Assembly: GCA_049472315.1 (NCBI GenBank)
Contig: JBLIRN010000077.1
Coordinates: 1-12,703, forward strand
DNA length: 12,703 nt
Reading direction: 5' to 3'
Source: a bacterium
Lineage (GTDB): Bacteria; SZUA-182; DTGQ01; JAFGSM01
The notes below the pieces were generated by a model that worked only from the letters and a program-made list of their open reading frames with translations, ran no database searches and was not told the origin of the DNA. Both the position numbers and the translations under genes were made by a program. Positions 7,722 through 12,703 of this stretch are shown in pieces; position 1 is the stretch's first letter; each line of letters begins with the position of its first letter.

Positions 7722-8579
7722 ATGAAAAGACATATCCCTGAAGTGCTGCTTGTCGTTGCAGTGCTGGTCTTTCTGATGGGTAATGCCTTCGCAAAGGACA
7801 TCAATCCCAATGGGTATCCCTCCGGGCCGCATTACAATCTTAATATCATAGGGAAAAAGGCCGGGTTCACCTGCCCCGGGCCGGAGATCGATCCCATGAC
7901 CGGAGACCCTGTTTACGGCAACGTAATATTCATCCCCGAAGATGGAGAGGGGATTGAAATCTTCATGGAATCGGGAAAGGGAAAGAAGGCGGAGGCGATT
8001 ACCAGTCTCCAGGTCGTTGATCCGTGCGCCGGGTTTGACGGTGACGGGGCGATCGTGCAACTGCCCAAAAACGAGGCAGGGTATCGCGTGTACGCACGGG
8101 CCCTGGGCAAACCGACGAATTCCCCCACCATTGTGACCAGTCCTGCATTGATCGCGGTTGAGGATGAAATCGGCAGTGATCTCATATATCTCGGATTGGT
8201 GAGCGAAGGTGGATTCACAACGCCGTCCGCATCCTTTACCCGCAATAAGGGAAAATCAAAGGCAACAGACATCACCGGCCTCTTCGAATGGTCGGGAACC
8301 GTGTGCTACCTTTCCGCACCCGATGGCGCGTATGCCTACACGGAAGAGCGTTGCTGTATTGATTATGATGGCGACGGCACATACGACGAGTGTACGGAAG
8401 CCGCGACTGATCAGATAACAGGTGAGCCAAGCTGCCCGGTAGGATATACGGCGGTTACCCTCTATTGCACGCAATATACGAACGAGTGGGTCTTCAATAT
8501 CGGCGCCTTTGTCACCTATCTCTGGCATACCGACAACAAGGGAGTCAATCTGCTTCAGGTACGATTTTATCCGAATTGA
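7722..8579 (+). CDS. Secreted Cys-containing hypothetical protein (285 aa) with a DxDxDG-type Ca2+-binding loop
   Basis: Start re-called from 7659 to ATG 7722: GAGGAG RBS upstream and signal peptide MKRHIPEVLLVVAVLVFLMGNAFA|KD. Eight Cys in the mature part. DYDGDGTYDE at nt 8361-8390. Confidence 0.85.
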   Translation: MKRHIPEVLLVVAVLVFLMGNAFAKDINPNGYPSGPHYNLNIIGKKAGFTCPGPEIDPMTGDPVYGNVIFIPEDGEGIEIFMESGKGKKAEAITSLQVVDPCAGFDGDGAIVQLPKNEAGYRVYARALGKPTNSPTIVTSPALIAVEDEIGSDLIYLGLVSEGGFTTPSASFTRNKGKSKATDITGLFEWSGTVCYLSAPDGAYAYTEERCCIDYDGDGTYDECTEAATDQITGEPSCPVGYTAVTLYCTQYTNEWVFNIGAFVTYLWHTDNKGVNLLQVRFYPN

Positions 8580-8610
8580 CGCATACAACAACCCCCGCAC
8601 CATCCTGTTC

Positions 8611-8640
8611 ACGCCACCCCGCCGCACGGTGGGGTGGCGT
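8611..8640. terminator. GC-rich hairpin between convergent genes (possible bidirectional terminator or REP-like palindrome)
   Basis: ACGCCACCCCGCCG-CA-CGGTGGGGTGGCGT: 10-bp perfect outer stem plus 4 bp with one G-T pair. Confidence 0.5.
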
Positions 8641-8670
8641 AGTCATTTCGGGCGCAGGCCGTGGATAACC

Positions 8671-8727
8671 TACCCCGCCGCAAGCAGCGGGGTATTGATG
8701 CGGGGAATTAAACCCGCGGAGATTAAA
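8671..8727 (+). repeat. Palindromic dispersed repeat, copy 1 (REP-like or IS200/IS605-end-like)
   Basis: TACCCCGC-CGCAAGCA-GCGGGGTA hairpin followed by CGGGGAATTAA and CCCGCGGAGATTAAA. Related blocks recur in inverted orientation at 12216-12316. Confidence 0.6.
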
Positions 8728-8764
8728 TCCGAACATCACCTTATGAAAACCGGAGGCATCGGTC

Positions 8765-10303
8765 TCAGGCAAGTTTTCGGAATTCCTCGTCGACCTCCAC
8801 CTCGTCGACCTCAACGTGGGGCATGTAGTAGTCAAGGGGAGGGAAGGAATCGAGGCTCTTGGTGATTGCGGCATCCAGAAAGGAGTCCACCCACCAGAAG
8901 ATGTCGTATTTCTGGATCCTGCGCCTGAGCTTGCGCATGCGGGCCCTTCGCTCATCCTTGCTCATAACGAAGCCCTGGTAAATGGCGTCGGCAACCCCCT
9001 CCATGTCGTAGGGGTTGACCAGGATGGCGTTACGATAGAGCTGTGGTGCGGCACCGGCGAATTCACTCAGGATGAGGACACTGTTCTCGTCGAGGCTGCA
9101 TGCGCAGTATTCCTTCGAGACCAGGTTCATGCCGTCCTTGAGCGGGGTAATCAGTGCAATCTCCGCAGTCCGGTAATACGCGAGCAATTCCCTCCGGTTC
9201 AGGCTGCGATGCAGGTAGTAGATGGGCACCCAGCCCTTCTGGGTGAACTGGCCGTTGATCTGTCCGACAAGACGCTCTATCTCCCGCTTGATGTCCACGT
9301 AGTCGTGAATGCTCGCCCTGCTCGGCACCACCACCTGGACAAGGGTCACGTTCCCCCGAAGCTCCGGATAGCGCTCCAGGGCATTGCCAAACGCCTTGAG
9401 CCGCAGGGGGATGCCCTTGGTATAGTCCAGCCGGTCAATGCCGAGGATGATCTGCCGGTTGGGGAGATTCTCGTGAAGGTACCAGGCCTCGTCGGCCACC
9501 TCCTTGCTCGCCGCCTGTGTCTTGAATGCCTCGTAATCGATGCTGATAGGGAAATTGCCGATCCTGAGTTCCTTCTCCGGGGTGACGATCTTCGACACCT
9601 GCCCTCGTCCCTCCACCCGCACCCCCCTGACCAGGGCGCGGAGGCACTGGATGAAGTTGCACCGGTCCCGCATGGTCTGGAACCCGATCAGGTCGAATTC
9701 GAGCAGGCCCCTGAGGATCTGAAATCTCCAGGGGAGCTTCAGGAAGATGTCAAGCTGGGGGAAGGGTATATGCAGGAAAAAGCCGGTCCTGTTGGTTATC
9801 CCCAGGTTGCGCAACTCCTTGGCAACCAGCATGAGGTGATAGTCGTGGACCCAGATATAATCATCCTTGCGCGCATTTCTGCTGATAACCTTGGCGAACT
9901 TGGCGTTGACCCGCTGATAGGCCCACCAGAACTCGGGATTGAAATCGCACCGGGAGAGAAGGTCGTGGAAAAGCGGCCAGATGATCTCGTTTGAAAAACC
10001 GTAGTAGTAAAGCTTGATGTCCTCTTCCTTCAGGACAACCGGCTTTATGGTGTATCCGATCTGCTTCATCCCCTGGTCCGAAGGCTCCAGAAAATCGGCC
10101 CTCCCCACCTTTCCGGTCCATCCGATCCATAGTCCCCCCCTGTTTCTCAGCACAGGGGCAAGCGCCGTTACCAGTCCTCCGGAGCCCCGCTTGATCAGCC
10201 AGGCGCCGTCAGGCCCCCTGGTTATGACGATCGGGAGGCGATTGGACACAACCACCAGGCGTTGTTTCTCCGGACCATCCTCATTGTGTATTGATGGTGA
10301 CAT
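8765..10303 (-). CDS. otsA: Alpha,alpha-trehalose-phosphate synthase (glycosyltransferase family 20)
   Basis: GT20 motifs VVSNRLP, GGLV, YYYGFSNEIIWPLFH, WVHDYHL, FFLHIPFP, GIDRLDYTKG, DGMNLVSKEY, LSEFAGAA and LVNPYD. RBS GAGGGGG. No fused phosphatase domain. Confidence 0.93.
   Translation of the reverse strand: MSPSIHNEDGPEKQRLVVVSNRLPIVITRGPDGAWLIKRGSGGLVTALAPVLRNRGGLWIGWTGKVGRADFLEPSDQGMKQIGYTIKPVVLKEEDIKLYYYGFSNEIIWPLFHDLLSRCDFNPEFWWAYQRVNAKFAKVISRNARKDDYIWVHDYHLMLVAKELRNLGITNRTGFFLHIPFPQLDIFLKLPWRFQILRGLLEFDLIGFQTMRDRCNFIQCLRALVRGVRVEGRGQVSKIVTPEKELRIGNFPISIDYEAFKTQAASKEVADEAWYLHENLPNRQIILGIDRLDYTKGIPLRLKAFGNALERYPELRGNVTLVQVVVPSRASIHDYVDIKREIERLVGQINGQFTQKGWVPIYYLHRSLNRRELLAYYRTAEIALITPLKDGMNLVSKEYCACSLDENSVLILSEFAGAAPQLYRNAILVNPYDMEGVADAIYQGFVMSKDERRARMRKLRRRIQKYDIFWWVDSFLDAAITKSLDSFPPLDYYMPHVEVDEVEVDEEFRKLA
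8785..8814. repeat. 15-bp tandem duplication in the otsA 3' end (VEVDE x2)
   Basis: CCTCGTCGACCTCCA / CCTCGTCGACCTCAA, 14 of 15 identical. Confidence 0.7.
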
Positions 10304-10342
10304 CGACCCACCCCCTCACGAAGGTTCAATCCTCTCTTTTAC

Positions 10343-10371
10343 ATTATACACCAGGGCGACGATAAGGGTAA
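10343..10371 (-). promoter_or_regulatory. Sigma-70-type promoter for otsA
   Basis: Minus strand reads TTACCC-N17-TATAAT: perfect -10, weak -35, about 40 nt upstream of the otsA ATG. Confidence 0.5.
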
Positions 10372-10768
10372 GGTATTCCCGCAGGCAGATCCGCCGCCCC
10401 CCATCCCCGGCTGGATGCCGTTCCTCGAGCCGATCTTTACCTTCTGCCCGAGATCTGATATATGTCTTGTGGCGAAACCGCTCAGATGGAATGTCATTGA
10501 TTCACCCCTCAAAAAATCCGGGAGCCAATGGCCTTGAGCCGAAGGGGCGCGGGCGTCATCGCCATGGTCGATATTATATTAATATTTACAACATCATAAC
10601 CCATTGAACGAACGAGGTCAACCGATTCCGCGAACATCAGGTGATTCCAATTTGGATATTGCATTGTTGCGGACGGATATCTATTGTATCTACCCAGGTT
10701 CAAGGAATGAAGGTTCAAAATCAGAATTGCCGATGAACGTCCTTGCGATGGATGAACAGGCTGCAAGG

Positions 10769-10797
10769 CTGAACAATTCTTCGGAAAAACACATAAT
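10769..10797 (+). promoter_or_regulatory. Possible sigma-70-type promoter for the GH13 gene
   Basis: CTGAAC-N17-CATAAT, 35 nt upstream of ATG 10833. Both boxes are imperfect. Confidence 0.3.
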
Positions 10798-10832
10798 ACC
10801 ACTTGGAGGTATTGAGGCAAAGGAGTTAACGC

Positions 10833-12131
10833 ATGAATAATCAGACCGTTCCCCATGATTCGGGCCCGAAAATCTACAACCTTTTTCCGCGCCTGGCCGG
10901 TACGGTGGATCACTGGTATCCCCACATCGAGCGGGCATCGGACATGGGCTTCAACTGGCTGTACATCAATCCCTTTCACCCTACGGGAAGCTCCGGCAGC
11001 CTCTATGCCATTGTGGATCACTTCGGGTTCAATCCCCTCTTCTTCGGTCCGGTAAATCACGACAATCCCGAAAAGGAGCTGCGAAAATTTCTTGATGAGG
11101 CCCATCGCCTCGGTCTCAGGGTCATGGCGGACCTGGTGATCAATCACACCGCTAAGCAATCACCGCTGGTAAAGGAACACCCGGACTGGTACAAGAGGGA
11201 TGAAGAGGGCCACCTCATTCATCCGGGTGCCATGCACAAGGGGAAGATGGTCTACTGGAGGGACCTCGCCGAGATCGACAACCTCGAATCACCCGACCGT
11301 GACGCCCTCTGGAACTATTGGCTTTCCGTATCCAGGCACTACCTGGAACTGGGCTTTTCAGGATTCAGGTGCGATGCCGCATATCAGGTGCCCAAGGACC
11401 TGTGGCGCTTTCTCATCCAGGAGTTGAAGGCCAAGTCCACCGGGGTGACATTCTTTGCCGAAACCCTGGGGTGCTCGGTCGATCAGACCCTTGACGTGGC
11501 CCGATCCGGGTTCGAGTATATCTTTAACAGCTTCAAATGGTGGGACTACCAGGAGCCCTGGTTTGTCGATCAGCATGGGCGCACCCGGCCCGTGGTTCCC
11601 TCGGTGAGCTTTCCCGAGTCCCACGACACCGCCAGGCTGGCCGCCGAGTTAAAGGACAATCTTCCTCAGATCAAGCAGCGCTACCTTCTTTCCGCCCTCA
11701 TCACCAAGGGGGTGATGATCCCCATCGGTTTTGAATTCGGGTTCCACACCCGGCTGAACGTAAAGACCACTACGGCAGAGGATTGGGAGCCGGTGAGGAT
11801 CGACCTTGTAGAGTTCATCAGGCAGGTCAACCGGTTAAAGGACACCCACGGAATCTTTATGAGCGAAACCCCGCTTCGAATGATCCCGCACCCGAACAAG
11901 AATATAAGCCTGCTCCTCAAGACGATCGAGGGGCAAGAGCACTGCCTCCTGCTGATCAACAAGAGCAAGGGACAAAAGGCGCGCCTCGAGATCGACCTCG
12001 CCGACGTATTCCCCGAACCGATCGGCGGCATCCGTGACCTCTCCCCGGAAAGGCCCCTCAAGAAGGTGCCCCACGTGCTCGACATAACCCTCTCCCCGTC
12101 CGAGGTCAAGGTCCTCCATCACACACGGTAA
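10833..12131 (+). CDS. Cytoplasmic alpha-amylase-family (GH13) glycoside hydrolase or transglycosylase
   Basis: RBS AAGGAG. GH13 conserved regions DLVINH, GFRCDAAYQV (nucleophile D), FAET (acid/base E) and PESHD. C-terminal beta-domain. No signal peptide. Confidence 0.9.
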   Translation: MNNQTVPHDSGPKIYNLFPRLAGTVDHWYPHIERASDMGFNWLYINPFHPTGSSGSLYAIVDHFGFNPLFFGPVNHDNPEKELRKFLDEAHRLGLRVMADLVINHTAKQSPLVKEHPDWYKRDEEGHLIHPGAMHKGKMVYWRDLAEIDNLESPDRDALWNYWLSVSRHYLELGFSGFRCDAAYQVPKDLWRFLIQELKAKSTGVTFFAETLGCSVDQTLDVARSGFEYIFNSFKWWDYQEPWFVDQHGRTRPVVPSVSFPESHDTARLAAELKDNLPQIKQRYLLSALITKGVMIPIGFEFGFHTRLNVKTTTAEDWEPVRIDLVEFIRQVNRLKDTHGIFMSETPLRMIPHPNKNISLLLKTIEGQEHCLLLINKSKGQKARLEIDLADVFPEPIGGIRDLSPERPLKKVPHVLDITLSPSEVKVLHHTR

Positions 12132-12215
12132 GGGATCCATCTGCACGGGCTTCTATCTCGGCGAGATACGCCGAGATCACGGCATTCCGCCATGCATGCT
12201 GGGTGAGCGGCTTGC

Positions 12216-12316
12216 TTTTAGCTCTTCGGGCAATCCCATGGGCGTTAATTCCCCGAGGCTTGATTCGTCAAAGTAATAGATTTTGTTTTAGGTATCCCGC
12301 CGCAAGCGGCGGGGGT
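12216..12316 (-). repeat. Palindromic dispersed repeat, copy 2 (REP-like or IS200/IS605-end-like)
   Basis: CCCGCCGC-AA-GCGGCGGG hairpin (12296-12313). On the minus strand it is followed by CAAGCCTCGGGGAATTAA and CCCGAAGAGCTAAAA, the same block order as copy 1. Confidence 0.6.
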
Positions 12317-12318
12317 GT

Positions 12319-12703
12319 TTATGCGCGTCCCCTGGGAGGAGAGAGCAGTTCCACCGCTGTGTCGAGCTGCTCGTGGCTGCCGAACATGATCAGGATGTCC
12401 TCGGCATTGATCTCCATGGTAGCCGCCGGATTGGTGATGGAACGATCGGCGCGGATGATCCCCATGACGGTCACCCCGGTCCTGGAGCGCAGTTGCAGAT
12501 CAGCCAGGGTCTTCCCTACCGCCGGGGAATCCGGGGTAACCAGGAAGGTCTCCGTGATGCTCATGGCGATGATTCGCTGGATGCTCTCGAACCGTTCATC
12601 GGGAAGGCTCGACCCGCGAAGCATGCTGTAGCCTGCATCCCGTATGGTATTGACATGAAGGTTGATGACGTTTCTGGGAACACGGTATTGATGCAGCACG
12701 TGG
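12319..12703 (-). CDS. 3' end of a TrkA-C (RCK_C) domain protein, probably a CPA2-family cation:proton antiporter (partial, runs off the window)
   Basis: The frame is open to the window edge. TrkA-C signature DSPAVGKTLADLQLRSRTGVTVMGIIR...NP...INAEDILIMFG. The preceding segment VLHQYRVPRNVI...IRDAGYSMLRG resembles the linker of CPA2 proteins with TrkA-N/TrkA-C domains. Confidence 0.8.
   Translation of the reverse strand, partial: HVLHQYRVPRNVINLHVNTIRDAGYSMLRGSSLPDERFESIQRIIAMSITETFLVTPDSPAVGKTLADLQLRSRTGVTVMGIIRADRSITNPAATMEINAEDILIMFGSHEQLDTAVELLSPPRGRA

Noticed and set aside
8611..8727. Adjacent hairpins considered as a CRISPR mini-array or tRNA
   Set aside because: The repeats are not identical or regularly spaced, there are no cas genes, and there is no cloverleaf or TTC T-loop.
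8816..9994. 392-aa ORF on + antisense to otsA
   Set aside because: Shadow ORF fully overlapping a gene with clear GT20 motifs. It has no recognisable motifs, and long antisense frames are expected with GC-rich codon bias.
10651..10670. TTGGATATTGCATTGTTGC considered as a third sigma-54 promoter
   Set aside because: Spacing gives GG-N10-GT rather than GC, and the GGCAC core is missing.
10604..10840. 78-aa ORF overlapping the GH13 start by ATGA-type overlap
   Set aside because: TTG start without an RBS and no motifs. It spans the likely promoter region. It cannot be fully excluded.

Overview
Bacterial chromosomal window. Genes are moderately GC-rich and the intergenic stretches are AT-rich. 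The gene style and sigma-54 promoters suggest a Gram-negative, possibly Desulfobacterota-like organism (inference). From left to right: an AT-rich non-coding stretch; a PagL-family lipid A deacylase (-) behind a sigma-54 promoter with a GGA-rich leader; a two-gene unit of a 740-aa HEAT-repeat protein and an HD-GYP phosphodiesterase (+); a group II PLP-dependent decarboxylase (-); a sigma-54-preceded pair of secreted proteins of unknown function (+); otsA (-), divergent from a cytoplasmic GH13 enzyme with GlgE-like sequence blocks (+); and the 3' end of a TrkA-C-containing, probably CPA2-type antiporter (-). Two related hairpin elements sit in opposite orientation in the convergent gaps on either side of otsA/GH13. 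The best candidate for an undescribed system is the HEAT/HD-GYP pair. Both proteins begin with the same ~100-aa domain (30/100 identities in a gapless hand alignment), which I cannot assign to a named family. No rRNA, tRNA, CRISPR array or intact transposase was seen.
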